Below are positions 8,245-17,828 of a stretch of 24,756 bases of DNA, in pieces. The stretch is from Nanobdellota archaeon (GTDB lineage: Archaea; Nanobdellota; Nanobdellia; Woesearchaeales; DATDXC01), in assembly GCA_043826105.1 (NCBI GenBank), contig JBDRQV010000077.1, positions 1-24,756 on the forward strand, read 5' to 3'. Position 1 is the first letter of the stretch; the number at the start of each line of letters is the position of its first letter. Both the position numbers and the translations under genes were made by a program. The notes below the pieces were generated by a model that was not told the origin of the DNA, did not search any database, and saw nothing but the letters and a program-made list of their open reading frames with translations.

Positions 8245-9480
8245 TTATATAAAGTTAGTCAACTTTTGTTGTACTCTTAGATTTTTGAGTAAGATGCTTT
8301 CTTTTAATAAATTTTCTACATTATAGTTAAATTTCTTTCTGACTAACTCTCTGACATACTTCAACATAAGGTCTTTTGAGCCAAATTCTAATGGCCGAGT
8401 ATTCATGGTTTTTCTTACAGCTTCCCTTACAACCCATACTCCTAATGGAACAGCATATTCTCCAGTAATAAATCGTAACACCAGTACAGCAGCTTGTCTT
8501 TTCATATCATGCAATCTCTCGATGATCGGCAGCCTGGAAGCATAATAACCTCCCCCACAATTAGATGCATAGGTCTTTCTTCCATCATATCCTTCATAAT
8601 CAGTCATATATTTATAATCGCTACTGACATTCCATTCAGCTTTAGGGGCATATGTCTCAAACAATTCATAAGACCAAACATCAGGCATTAACAGCACAAT
8701 AAAATAATTTCCAAGATAATTTCCAAAATAAACCTTATAGTCAGAAGAAGGATAATCCTTGATCTTTTTATTGAGGTCTTTAGCTATCATATCATCAGTA
8801 GCAGTTATACTCCATCTGGTCGGAACCAGTTTTCTGTCTTTTTTCATCCCGATTGTTCCGACACTTAATATCTTAGTCAAGAAATTCTCAGAAAATCCAT
8901 GATTATATAGGTAATTTATCGCATCATTTGCTTTTAGGTCAGAATCTGAAAAAACTTTCTCAACTTTATATTCTATCTTTGGATTAGAGGTTACATTGAC
9001 TTGCTTTAATCTGGCATTTGGGCCAGTAGGTGCAAGATAACTGTCAGTATTCAACTTAAAATATGGCCTATCTTCTAGACTGATCTCAACATCAACAGGT
9101 TTAGAGGCTAAACCGACCTCTTGAGCCACTTCTAGCATCTTACTTGTTTGCCTTACATTCATCTTAAACCTGGAATTTATCAATGCAGACCTATAATCTA
9201 TTATTTGCGGGATTTGAAATTCTTTAGCAGCCCAATAATTAGGTGCATCATAAAGCCATGCATCTTCTCTTTGTTCAGGAGGGCTTAATATGCCTACATT
9301 AAGGTTTGGATAGGAGTTATGCCCTACAAAAGGGGCAGGAGAGCTCCCAGAGAAATTATCGCTTGGAAGACTATTTTTGACTCTGATGCCAGCATTTGCT
9401 TTGGCAGTTATAGGGCAGAAAGTCCTTCCACAATTCTTCATAGGATTAGATCCTTTACACTTAAGACAAGGAATGTTCAT
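8245..9480 (-). CDS. nreA: Nre family archaeal DNA repair protein (DUF650/DUF651) with C-terminal PIP box
   Basis: N-terminal CxxC...CG...CP Zn site, PFVGHNSYP, LVPTRWSITATD, GGYYASRL, PLGVWVVRE, terminal QQKLTNFI. ATG 9480 preferred over 9519. Confidence 0.9.
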   Translation of the reverse strand: MNIPCLKCKGSNPMKNCGRTFCPITAKANAGIRVKNSLPSDNFSGSSPAPFVGHNSYPNLNVGILSPPEQREDAWLYDAPNYWAAKEFQIPQIIDYRSALINSRFKMNVRQTSKMLEVAQEVGLASKPVDVEISLEDRPYFKLNTDSYLAPTGPNARLKQVNVTSNPKIEYKVEKVFSDSDLKANDAINYLYNHGFSENFLTKILSVGTIGMKKDRKLVPTRWSITATDDMIAKDLNKKIKDYPSSDYKVYFGNYLGNYFIVLLMPDVWSYELFETYAPKAEWNVSSDYKYMTDYEGYDGRKTYASNCGGGYYASRLPIIERLHDMKRQAAVLVLRFITGEYAVPLGVWVVREAVRKTMNTRPLEFGSKDLMLKYVRELVRKKFNYNVENLLKESILLKNLRVQQKLTNFI

Positions 9481-9552
9481 AAAAAGGGGTAGGGCAAATA
9501 AGGTTAAATAGTTTTCCAAAGTTTTTTAAATGGTTGGGTATTTAGGTAGATT

Positions 9553-10581
9553 ATGCCCCTAACAGAACATCAAGTGAAAGAGATAAAGGAAGAGCTTGAT
9601 AATTGTAAGAATCCACTGTACTTCTTCCATGATGATCCAGACGGATTATCATCATTTTTACTATTATATCGATATAAACAGGAAGGCAATGGAGTTATTG
9701 TAAAAAGAGCGACCCCTACTGTCGACGAGCAGTTTGTAAGGAAAGTAAATGAATATAACCCAGATAAGATATTTATCCTGGACATAGCAGTTGTCGACCA
9801 AAATTTTGTAGATAATGTTAAGGTCCCTATAATTTGGATAGACCATCACGAACCGTTAAAGCTGGACAATATTAAGATATTCAATCCAAGGTTAAATGAT
9901 AAGTCAGACGGAACACCTGTCACATATCTTTGCCATCAGGTTGTCCAGCAGGACCTCTGGATAGCTGCCGTAGGGTGCATAGGTGACTGGTTTTTACCTG
10001 ACTTTATCGATGAGTTTAATGAACAATATCCAGATTTAGTAAAAATTGAATCTAAAGATCCCGGAGATATACTATTTAACACAAAGCTAGGCACACTAGC
10101 AAGGATATTCTCATTTATTTTAAAAGGAAACACTAGTGATGTTAAAAGATGCTACAAGACCCTTACAAGAATAAAAGACCCATACGAGATTCTTGAACAA
10201 AAGAGCCCACAAGGCAGATTTGTATATAAAAAATTTACAAAGATAAATAAGGAATACACTGAGCTCATAGAGGAAGCAAAAAAACAGAAAAAAGATGATG
10301 GGATATTGATTTATATATATCCGAAAGATAAGATGAGTTTTAGTGGAGATCTGGCAAATGAGTTATTGCATAAATTTCCAGATAAGCTTATCATAGTTGG
10401 TAGAGAAAAAGATAATGAGATCAAGATGAGTCTCCGCTATTGCAGGCCTATAATAAAAATACTTAAAAATGCTTTAAAAGAATTAGAAGGAGGCGGTGGC
10501 GGCCACGAATATGCTTGCGGGGCTAATATAAAGACCAAAGATTTTGATAAATTTATCGATAACATTAAGAAAAATTTATAA
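9553..10581 (+). CDS. DHH family phosphoesterase with DHHA1 domain (RecJ/NrnA-like)
   Basis: HDDPDG, ILDIA, IDHH, GDW, SLR and GGGGGHEYACG motifs. Confidence 0.88.
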   Translation: MPLTEHQVKEIKEELDNCKNPLYFFHDDPDGLSSFLLLYRYKQEGNGVIVKRATPTVDEQFVRKVNEYNPDKIFILDIAVVDQNFVDNVKVPIIWIDHHEPLKLDNIKIFNPRLNDKSDGTPVTYLCHQVVQQDLWIAAVGCIGDWFLPDFIDEFNEQYPDLVKIESKDPGDILFNTKLGTLARIFSFILKGNTSDVKRCYKTLTRIKDPYEILEQKSPQGRFVYKKFTKINKEYTELIEEAKKQKKDDGILIYIYPKDKMSFSGDLANELLHKFPDKLIIVGREKDNEIKMSLRYCRPIIKILKNALKELEGGGGGHEYACGANIKTKDFDKFIDNIKKNL

Positions 10582-10582
10582 A
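10575..10582 (+). promoter_or_regulatory. TATA box (TTTATAAA) for tRNA-Gly, overlapping the DHH stop codon
   Basis: Preceded by AAGAAAAA (BRE-like); ~30 nt upstream of the mature tRNA 5' end. Confidence 0.55.
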
Positions 10583-10612
10583 CCATCTATCAATTCTAGA
10601 GAACACTTTAAT

Positions 10613-10684
10613 GCGTCGGTGGTCTAATGGCTATGATAGCGGCCTTCCAAGCCGTTTATCCGGGTTCAAATCCCGGCCGACGCA
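10613..10684 (+). tRNA. tRNA-Gly (anticodon TCC), no intron, CCA not encoded
   Basis: Acceptor GCGTCGG/CCGACGC, anticodon arm GCGGC-CTTCCAA-GCCGT (TCC at 10646-10648), T arm CCGGG-TTCAAAT-CCCGG, discriminator A. Confidence 0.97.
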
Positions 10685-10713
10685 TCGTTTATATAAACTA
10701 GCGAGGAGAGAAA

Positions 10714-11016
10714 ATGAGACAAGAGAATAGTGGAAGTGGAAACCGTGGAGGTTCCAACAGAAGGTATGGTGGCGGAGGATTTAATAGAGGAGGCAGCCGT
10801 GAAGGTGGCTTTGATAGAGGAGGCAGCCGTGAAGGTGGCTTTAATAGAGGAGGATTTAATAGGGGCGGATTTAACCAAGGTCCAAGAGAGATGCATAAAG
10901 CTATTTGTGCAGATTGCAATCAAGAATGCGAAGTTCCTTTTAAACCAACAGAAGGCAAACCAGTATATTGCAGAGATTGTTTTCAGAAACACAAACCAAA
11001 AAGATTTAATGATTAA
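10714..11016 (+). CDS. CxxC-x17-CxxC Zn-ribbon protein with N-terminal RGG-rich tail (putative nucleic-acid binding)
   Basis: REMHKAICADC-17aa-CRDCF signature; GGFNRGG repeats. Confidence 0.9.
   Translation: MRQENSGSGNRGGSNRRYGGGGFNRGGSREGGFDRGGSREGGFNRGGFNRGGFNQGPREMHKAICADCNQECEVPFKPTEGKPVYCRDCFQKHKPKRFND
10781..10875 (+). repeat. Coding tandem repeats: 30-nt unit x2 followed by 15-nt units, encoding (GGF[N/D]RGGSRE)2(GGFNR)2GGFNQ
   Basis: TTAATAGAGGAGGCAGCCGTGAAGGTGGCT (10781-10810) and TTGATAGAGGAGGCAGCCGTGAAGGTGGCT (10811-10840) differ by 1 nt. Confidence 0.9.
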
Positions 11017-11246
11017 TTTCATTATGATGCATCATGTGAACATAACTTAGTTTGTTTTGGTTATTGCAGCTGATGCATATTTTAATTCTATCTTATATTT
11101 TATATAGTCAGAGCTATATTCATCTCAATAACTTAAACGATTTTTGGTTAAACTTTACCCGATCTATTGCTGGTTTTTAATTAATTTTTAGTTATGCTGC
11201 AACATTTCATTAAATTTATATACTTCTGCTGCCTGATCAATATAAA

Positions 11247-11897
11247 TTGAAGAAAAATATTATCAGATACTCTAAAAAGATTTATTTTAATGGTCTTCTT
11301 GTCTCAATTTTCAAGAAGATCATACCATTGATACTGATTTTTTTCAATACTAATATCAAAAAAGTGGAAGGCCAGATTCCTCAAAAAGGCCCGCTATTGA
11401 TAGTAGCGCACCATGAAGAGTTGACTGATCAATTTATATTAGGGCTGCCGATTAAACGAAGGCTATTCTGGATTGCAGACACAACCTCTCCACATCATCC
11501 GGGCAGCTTGGCAGATGCAAAATTTGTTAAATGGCTTTTATTAAGATTTGGTGCAATCCCTATTGATAAGAAGAGGCCTGAAAGAAATTATCATCTTTTT
11601 GATTACTTATTATACCTATTGGATAAAGGTGAATCGATAGTATTCTTTCCAGAAGAGTATTTGAGGTCAGAGAGAGATGGAAAAAGGTTTGGTTCATTTA
11701 AAGATGGGGTGATAAGTTTGGCTCTTGATTATAGAGAAAGATTTAAAAAAGATATTCCCATATACCCTGTAGGGTTAAAATATCTAAAAAAGAATGGATT
11801 GACAGAATCATATATCCGGATAGGTGATAAGATAATCATAAATAACAAGCAGGACCGGAAAAAAGTTTTTAACAAAGTGATCGAATTATCATCTTAA
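11247..11897 (+). CDS. Lysophospholipid/1-acylglycerol-3-phosphate acyltransferase family (PlsC-like)
   Basis: Block I HX4D (AHHEELTD), GAIPIDK, block III FFPE..RS, block IV PIYPVGL; TTG start. Confidence 0.8.
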   Translation: MKKNIIRYSKKIYFNGLLVSIFKKIIPLILIFFNTNIKKVEGQIPQKGPLLIVAHHEELTDQFILGLPIKRRLFWIADTTSPHHPGSLADAKFVKWLLLRFGAIPIDKKRPERNYHLFDYLLYLLDKGESIVFFPEEYLRSERDGKRFGSFKDGVISLALDYRERFKKDIPIYPVGLKYLKKNGLTESYIRIGDKIIINNKQDRKKVFNKVIELSS

Positions 11898-11899
11898 AA

Positions 11900-12964
11900 A
11901 TGGCAAAAATAATCTACGGAGTAGCAGGAGAAGGCATGGGTCATGCTACGAGGAGCTGGGTTATAATCAAGGAACTCATGAAAAAGCACGAAGTATGGGC
12001 GGTCTGTGGAGATAGTGCTTATGATTTTTTATCCAAGAAAATAAAAAACATCTTGAAGATAGATGCACTCAGGATAATGTACATTAGAAATAAGGTATCC
12101 AATATCAAGACTATGATCTATAATCTGAAAACTATGATAAAAGGCAGGAAAATATCCCTGGAAAAAGTCAATGATCTTGTTGCAGATTTTAAGCCAGATC
12201 TGGTGATATCAGATTTTGAATATTTTTCATCATTGATTGCAAAAAAGAATAATCTGCCTCTTGTAGTCATAGACAATAACCACATATCCAATAAAGCCAA
12301 GGTGACAGTTCCTAAACTTTATTTTAAAGATTATCTGGTGAGCAAGATGATAGCAAATATAATAGCAAGAAAGGCAAAATATTTTCTGATCACAACATTT
12401 TTCTACCCTAAGATAAAAGAGAAGAATGTATCCTTCTACCCGCCGATATTGAGAGATAAGATAATCAAGCTAAAGCCATCTGTTAAAGATTATATATTGG
12501 TCTATCAGACTTCTAAATCATACACTAAGCTTATACCAACATTGAAGAAGATAGATGAGAAATTTATAGCATATTCCATAAGGGATGACGGCATTGAAGA
12601 AAATATAACCTTTAAGAAATTTGGAGAGGAAGAATTTTTTAATGACTTGAAGGATTGTAAAGCAGTAATATCTAATGGAGGTTATTCTCTGATGGGTGAA
12701 GCATTGTACTTAGATAAGCCTATCTTATCTATACCTATAGGGGGACAGTTTGAGCAGATATTAAATGCACTATACCTCAAGAAATTGGGATATGGGCTTT
12801 TCTCCAAGAGGATAAGCAAGAAAATTGTGGAGAAATTTCTATCTGATCTTGATCATTATCGTGCAAACATAAAAAAACACAAGAAAGAGGATAATTCCAG
12901 ACTATTCAAGAAGATAGAATCCATAATCCAAGAATTAGAACCCCATGAGGCCGCAGCATCTTGA
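11900..12964 (+). CDS. MJ1255/VC2487-family GT-B glycosyltransferase
   Basis: YGVAGEGMGHATRS, ISDFE, NGGYSLMGEA, PIGGQFEQILNA motifs; 2 nt after the acyltransferase stop. Confidence 0.88.
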   Translation: MAKIIYGVAGEGMGHATRSWVIIKELMKKHEVWAVCGDSAYDFLSKKIKNILKIDALRIMYIRNKVSNIKTMIYNLKTMIKGRKISLEKVNDLVADFKPDLVISDFEYFSSLIAKKNNLPLVVIDNNHISNKAKVTVPKLYFKDYLVSKMIANIIARKAKYFLITTFFYPKIKEKNVSFYPPILRDKIIKLKPSVKDYILVYQTSKSYTKLIPTLKKIDEKFIAYSIRDDGIEENITFKKFGEEEFFNDLKDCKAVISNGGYSLMGEALYLDKPILSIPIGGQFEQILNALYLKKLGYGLFSKRISKKIVEKFLSDLDHYRANIKKHKKEDNSRLFKKIESIIQELEPHEAAAS

Positions 12965-14113
12965 GCACTGAGGCAACAATCCTTTTTTATCTATAAGCAA
13001 TTTTCTGAATTTAACAAACTCTTTATCATTCCATATTTCCAATAATGGTTTTTCAGTTATATTGCCTACCTTCACATCTATAAAATCCCTGCATGTAGTG
13101 ACATCACCATTAGGCATCACATCGACCATGATGAAAGGCGCAACGCATTTGTCATATCCAAACATTTTAGACGGTTCGAGATAATACTTAGCGATATCCT
13201 TATCTTTTATATCAGGTATTATAAGATAATCAAAACTCCACTTTTTCTTTCTTATGCTAGATATGGATTTCTGGAATAGATTAGCATCTTCTTCGCTAAA
13301 TTCAGTAGCATACGATTTCCATGTAAATGGAGTTATCCCTAGGTTCTCTTCAAATATTTTAGTTTGAGCTTTACCTATGGCCTCTGATGTAAACCATGAT
13401 AGATATAGTACAACAATATCCGGCTTTATCTGTTCACCCATTATCCCGAATGTCTCTTCAAGATAAGGGGCATTTACTTTCGAGATAGTTGTAGATGTCA
13501 TCACAAAAGGCTTGACACTCTTATATTTTCTTTTCATCTCATTTATCTTATTCAGGCCATTGACAGCAGTCCTATAAGCACCTTTTAAATTTCTGCATTT
13601 ATCATGTATCTCTTCAGGACCGTCAAAAGAGACCAATACCATATCCCATTTATTCTTTACCATCTCTTCAGCGTATTTTTCCAGCAGCACACCATTGGTA
13701 ACAACAGATAATATGCACCCCTTTTCTTTTATATAATTCATCAATTCGATAAAATTAGGATATAAGAAAGGCTCACCGCCTGTGACATAAAATATAGGTT
13801 TATACCGGGCAACATCATCCACTAATTTTTTATATGTCTCCAATGATAATGTATTTAACAGGTGTTCAGAACCTTCTTTATTCATATACCCATGCTTCCC
13901 ATACTGGCCGCAGACAGCACATCTATGGTTGCATGCATTAGTTATCCTTAAGCTGATCTGCATAGGAGGCTTCAATGCTTTTCCAGAGCCATTTTTATAG
14001 TCAGAATTAGCTCCGATATGTTTTCTGGCCAAACCTTTGGCTAAGTTAATCGTAAGGTCAGGTGCCTGAAAAATCGCCTTAAAAAATAATTTTGTCGGGA
14101 GTCTGCTTCTCAT
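12935..14113 (-). CDS. Radical SAM protein with C-terminal SPASM-type domain, substrate unknown
   Basis: CNHRCAVC, TGGEPFL, TNG, SFDG, CVAPF...GDVTTC...GNI...EIWN...CSRCC. ATG 14113 follows GAGATGAT (SD-like); 14122 is the alternative. Confidence 0.88.
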   Translation of the reverse strand: MRSRLPTKLFFKAIFQAPDLTINLAKGLARKHIGANSDYKNGSGKALKPPMQISLRITNACNHRCAVCGQYGKHGYMNKEGSEHLLNTLSLETYKKLVDDVARYKPIFYVTGGEPFLYPNFIELMNYIKEKGCILSVVTNGVLLEKYAEEMVKNKWDMVLVSFDGPEEIHDKCRNLKGAYRTAVNGLNKINEMKRKYKSVKPFVMTSTTISKVNAPYLEETFGIMGEQIKPDIVVLYLSWFTSEAIGKAQTKIFEENLGITPFTWKSYATEFSEEDANLFQKSISSIRKKKWSFDYLIIPDIKDKDIAKYYLEPSKMFGYDKCVAPFIMVDVMPNGDVTTCRDFIDVKVGNITEKPLLEIWNDKEFVKFRKLLIDKKGLLPQCSRCCGLMGF

Positions 14114-14128
14114 TTTTATCATCTCATT

Positions 14129-17100
14129 TTATATTTTTAAACTAACTACTTTGCTCATGCCATGCTCATTCATAGATATCCCATAAAGTGTTTCTGCTTC
14201 AGATATGACAGAATCATTATGCGATATCATGATATATTGTGCTTTATCAGAATATTTAGCGACCAATTTTGCCAATTTTGCAGAATTGTGCTTGTCAAGA
14301 GCAGCATCAACTTCATCAAGTATATAGAATGAAGCAGGCTCATGTTCCTGTATAGCAAATATAAACGCTAATGCAGTCATTGTTTTTTCTCCACCAGACA
14401 GGCTCCTTATGTCCAAAAACTTAGTTCCTGTTATCTTAACCTTGATCTTCAAACCGCCATCGAATGGATTTTCCGGGTTTTCCAGCTCTAAAAATGCATC
14501 TCCTTTGCTCGATAGGGCAGAAAATGCCCTCTTGAAATGCTCAGTTATCACATTATAATGTTCCATAAATAATTCTTTCTTCTTTCCTTCGATCTCATCC
14601 ATTAATTTAACAACATCAATCCTTTCATTAGCAAGGCTGTCTTTCTTTTCTAATAAAGAGTTATATTCCTTTTCAACTTCATCGTAAATCTCTAAAGCCC
14701 TCATATTGACAAATCCTATCTCCTGCTTCATCTTTTCAAATTTGCCTATCTCATATTTTAATTGATCTTCATTCTTCTCAGTATCAAGCTTTACTCCCTC
14801 ATATTGCTGGAATTCTTGCCTTATGGCAGATAATTGCGCCCAAATTTCAGAATTTTTTAATGAAAGTGTATTATGTTTTATCTCGATCTGTACACTTTCT
14901 TCCCTCTTCTTATTTACATCTACCTCATTGTCTTGTATCTCTTTATTAAGGGCAGATTGTTTTGAAAATAATTCTTTGAATTTAGCATAGAATACTTTGG
15001 CTTGCTCTTCTTTTTCTTTCAATAGCTCCTGGCTGGATTTGGTTTCCTTCAATAATTTATTATTCTCTTCTTTAAATTCAGCTTCATCTTTAGCTAATTG
15101 TTTTAATATTGATTCTATCCTTTCTCTTTCTGGTTTGTGCAATGTATCTGATCTGACATCTATATTCTTAAGTTCTGATCTTAACTCAATGATCTCTTCG
15201 TTTGTCTGTCTTAGTTTCTCTTCAAATGTGCTTATCTCAGCTAACAATGCAGGATCCCTCAATTGGGTTATATTGGATTTTATCTGCTGTTTTCTTATCT
15301 TTAGGCCGGCGAATTCTTTGTTTATCTCAGTTATTTGGTTGACAGTATCATTGATAGATTTATCAGAAGCGATCTGTTGTAATCTCAATTCTTCTTTCTT
15401 ATTCTTGGTGATTTCAAGGTCGGTAGGCTCCAGATGGAGGCTTTTCTCTGTCCTTATTATCTCTCCTTCCAGGGCTGCCTTTGTCTGTCTTAATCCATTT
15501 ATCATCTCTTCATTATCAGCCCTTTTTTGTTCCATGCCATGGATGCTATTCTCAAGTTCAGCAATCTCTGATTTGCAGTTATCTATATCTTTACTTAGTT
15601 CCTTTTCCTTAAAGCCCATACCTTTTCTTCGTTTGTCCCTGAATCCGCCCTGCATAGCCCCGCTTAATTCTAACAAATCTCCGTCTAAGGTGACCATCTT
15701 TGACTTGCCAACACCCAGGCGTCTGGCAGAGTCTATATTATCTACTATTATAGTATTGGCAAAGATATATTCAAATGCCTTTTTGAATTTAGGTTCAAAT
15801 TCCACAAGGTCGATAGCCATGCCGTGGGATCCGTTTGATTGGCTTAAATTCTTTATTTGTGCTTCAGTTTTCTTAGAGCTTATCTTTGATAATGGGAGGA
15901 AAGTAGCTATCCCTAATTTATTCTGTTTTAGATATTTTATACAATCTGCAGCTATCTTATCATCTTCAACAACAATACTTTTGATCCTGGGGCCAGAAGC
16001 TATCTCTAACGCCAAAGCAAATTTTGAGTTAACATTTCCAAGTTCTGCAACAGTTCCATATATGCCTGGTTTTTTCAAGGACATAACTTTCTTAATTGCT
16101 ATATCTCCTAAAGAAGCTTCTCTGATGCTTACGTTTCTTGTCTCTAAAGCAGCGAGCTGTTCGTTGAACCTGTTCAGTCTATCTTTAGATGAGCCTATTT
16201 GTGCAGCAAATGAAGAATCTTCATTCAACCGTTTATTAAGCTCTAAAGTAGTCTTTTTGAATTGATCCCTCTTATGTTTAAGGTCATCAACTTCTTCCTG
16301 GTGTTCCTTCTCTATCTCAGCAACTTTTTTTATCTGTTCATCAATTGTGTTTATTTGATGCTGCAAAGAATCTTTTTCTCTGATAAGATTATGTTGTTTT
16401 TCCCTTAAGGTTTGGATCTGTTTCTGTAATTCATCTGATTTCTTATCAATTTCATCTATCTCTTTATCCAGGTCAGAAAGATTATCCAGCTTATTTTTCT
16501 CTCTAAAAGCCTGTACTTTCTTATTTAGGGTTTCTTTCTCTTTCTCTTTTTCAGCAACAGTCTTTTGTAATTTTTCTTTATCTTCAAGCAAACTTCCTAT
16601 CTTCCCTTCTGTTTCTTTTATAGTATTGCTTAAGTCCTCTTTTCTCTTTGTTATCTTGACCATCTCACTTTTTATGGTGTCTAATCTGTAATTCTTTCTG
16701 GCCAGGTCTATCTTCAATATTTCGACCTCTCTATTCAGGTTGACCTGTTCTACTTCACCCTTTTCTTCGATCTCTTTGGTTATGGAAATTACTTCTTTTT
16801 TCTTGATTTCACTTTCTTCCCTTAGTTTTCTTATCTTTTCGCTTGCTTTATCTAGATCTTGTTTTGTTTTCTGTAGTTTTTCTTCAAGATCTTTATGTTC
16901 AGCTTCTTTTTTATCTATCTGGAACTTTAACAGAGAAGCCCTGTACATAGTTATCTTTTCATTCATATCTTTAAATTTTAAAGCCTGATCCCTGTCTTTT
17001 TTCAGATCTTTTAGATAAGTGTTTCTCTCTTTGAGGACCAGATCTGCATCATTCAGCTTTTTTTCAACTTTATCAAGTTCAAGCAGCGCCTTATGTTTTT

Positions 17101-17620
17101 TTTCTTCATAGACCCCTATACCTGCGATATCCTCTATCAACATCCTTCTTTCAACAGGCGGCATCTCTACAAATCTGACTATATCTCCCTGTAATATGAT
17201 GTTATATCCATCAGGATTTATTTTTGCAATATTCAATAGATCTAGCACTTGTTCTCTTGTCCTGACATTATCATTTATCTTATATATGCTTTGGCCAGTT
17301 TCTCTGACTATCCTTGTAACTTTGACCTCTTCATCTTCTGTAGGGAATATCTTACTGGTATTGTCGAAATAAATGCTTACTTCACCATGTTTCGCAGGCT
17401 TTTTGGTCTTTCCACCATTATATATAAGATTAGATGACTTCTCAGCTCTCATCGATTTAGCAGAACTTTTGCCTAAAACAAAACAAAGGCTGTCTAGGAC
17501 ATTTGATTTACCAGAACCATTAGGTCCAAGAATTACACTAAACTTAGGTCCGAATAACAATTCTGTATGCTTTGCAAAGCTTTTAAAGCCATGCATAACC
17601 ATTCTATTTATTTTAGTCAT
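14129..17620 (-). CDS. smc: Chromosome segregation protein SMC
   Basis: GFKSF, Walker A GPNGSGKSN, Q-loop LQGD, long coiled coils, hinge (GIYG...VVEDD...TLDG), LSGGEK, Walker B ILDEVDAALD, ISHN. Confidence 0.97.
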   Translation of the reverse strand: MTKINRMVMHGFKSFAKHTELLFGPKFSVILGPNGSGKSNVLDSLCFVLGKSSAKSMRAEKSSNLIYNGGKTKKPAKHGEVSIYFDNTSKIFPTEDEEVKVTRIVRETGQSIYKINDNVRTREQVLDLLNIAKINPDGYNIILQGDIVRFVEMPPVERRMLIEDIAGIGVYEEKKHKALLELDKVEKKLNDADLVLKERNTYLKDLKKDRDQALKFKDMNEKITMYRASLLKFQIDKKEAEHKDLEEKLQKTKQDLDKASEKIRKLREESEIKKKEVISITKEIEEKGEVEQVNLNREVEILKIDLARKNYRLDTIKSEMVKITKRKEDLSNTIKETEGKIGSLLEDKEKLQKTVAEKEKEKETLNKKVQAFREKNKLDNLSDLDKEIDEIDKKSDELQKQIQTLREKQHNLIREKDSLQHQINTIDEQIKKVAEIEKEHQEEVDDLKHKRDQFKKTTLELNKRLNEDSSFAAQIGSSKDRLNRFNEQLAALETRNVSIREASLGDIAIKKVMSLKKPGIYGTVAELGNVNSKFALALEIASGPRIKSIVVEDDKIAADCIKYLKQNKLGIATFLPLSKISSKKTEAQIKNLSQSNGSHGMAIDLVEFEPKFKKAFEYIFANTIIVDNIDSARRLGVGKSKMVTLDGDLLELSGAMQGGFRDKRRKGMGFKEKELSKDIDNCKSEIAELENSIHGMEQKRADNEEMINGLRQTKAALEGEIIRTEKSLHLEPTDLEITKNKKEELRLQQIASDKSINDTVNQITEINKEFAGLKIRKQQIKSNITQLRDPALLAEISTFEEKLRQTNEEIIELRSELKNIDVRSDTLHKPERERIESILKQLAKDEAEFKEENNKLLKETKSSQELLKEKEEQAKVFYAKFKELFSKQSALNKEIQDNEVDVNKKREESVQIEIKHNTLSLKNSEIWAQLSAIRQEFQQYEGVKLDTEKNEDQLKYEIGKFEKMKQEIGFVNMRALEIYDEVEKEYNSLLEKKDSLANERIDVVKLMDEIEGKKKELFMEHYNVITEHFKRAFSALSSKGDAFLELENPENPFDGGLKIKVKITGTKFLDIRSLSGGEKTMTALAFIFAIQEHEPASFYILDEVDAALDKHNSAKLAKLVAKYSDKAQYIMISHNDSVISEAETLYGISMNEHGMSKVVSLKI

Positions 17621-17828
17621 GAGATAAATACCCTTTTATTTTAATTTTGATATTGAATTAATAAAGGTTTTGATTTATATTTTCATATTTTTATCACTAA
17701 ACTACGATTATTTCTGCTTTTTTCAGATCAGCAAGAATTCACCGTCGATACAGATTATGCTCCAGTCTAAAATAAAACTTAAATAATTGTCTTACTATAT
17801 GGCTACATATTCCATACTTTTTGAATTA

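Noticed and set aside
11017-11246. AT-rich intergenic stretch as a gene remnant
   Set aside because: Only short broken frames with no recognisable motif.
12935-14113. Calling the SPASM rSAM a tetraether synthase or another named enzyme
   Set aside because: Only generic rSAM/SPASM motifs are recognisable, so a specific assignment cannot be supported without a search.
10613-14122. Acyltransferase-GT-rSAM block as an element integrated at tRNA-Gly
   Set aside because: No integrase, and no duplicated tRNA 3' end (att site) found by eye; a conserved-type CxxC gene intervenes.
14997-16265. 422-aa plus-strand ORF (and other track ORFs such as 518-886, 18139-18627, 18769-19164, 23822-24415, 10666-11022)
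   Set aside because: Antisense shadows of well-supported genes; the S/F/L-rich composition is what the reverse complement of K/E-rich coding DNA gives.
17621-17828. Intergenic region between rnhB and smc as a small gene or ncRNA
   Set aside because: No ORF with a credible start, and no stable stems found.
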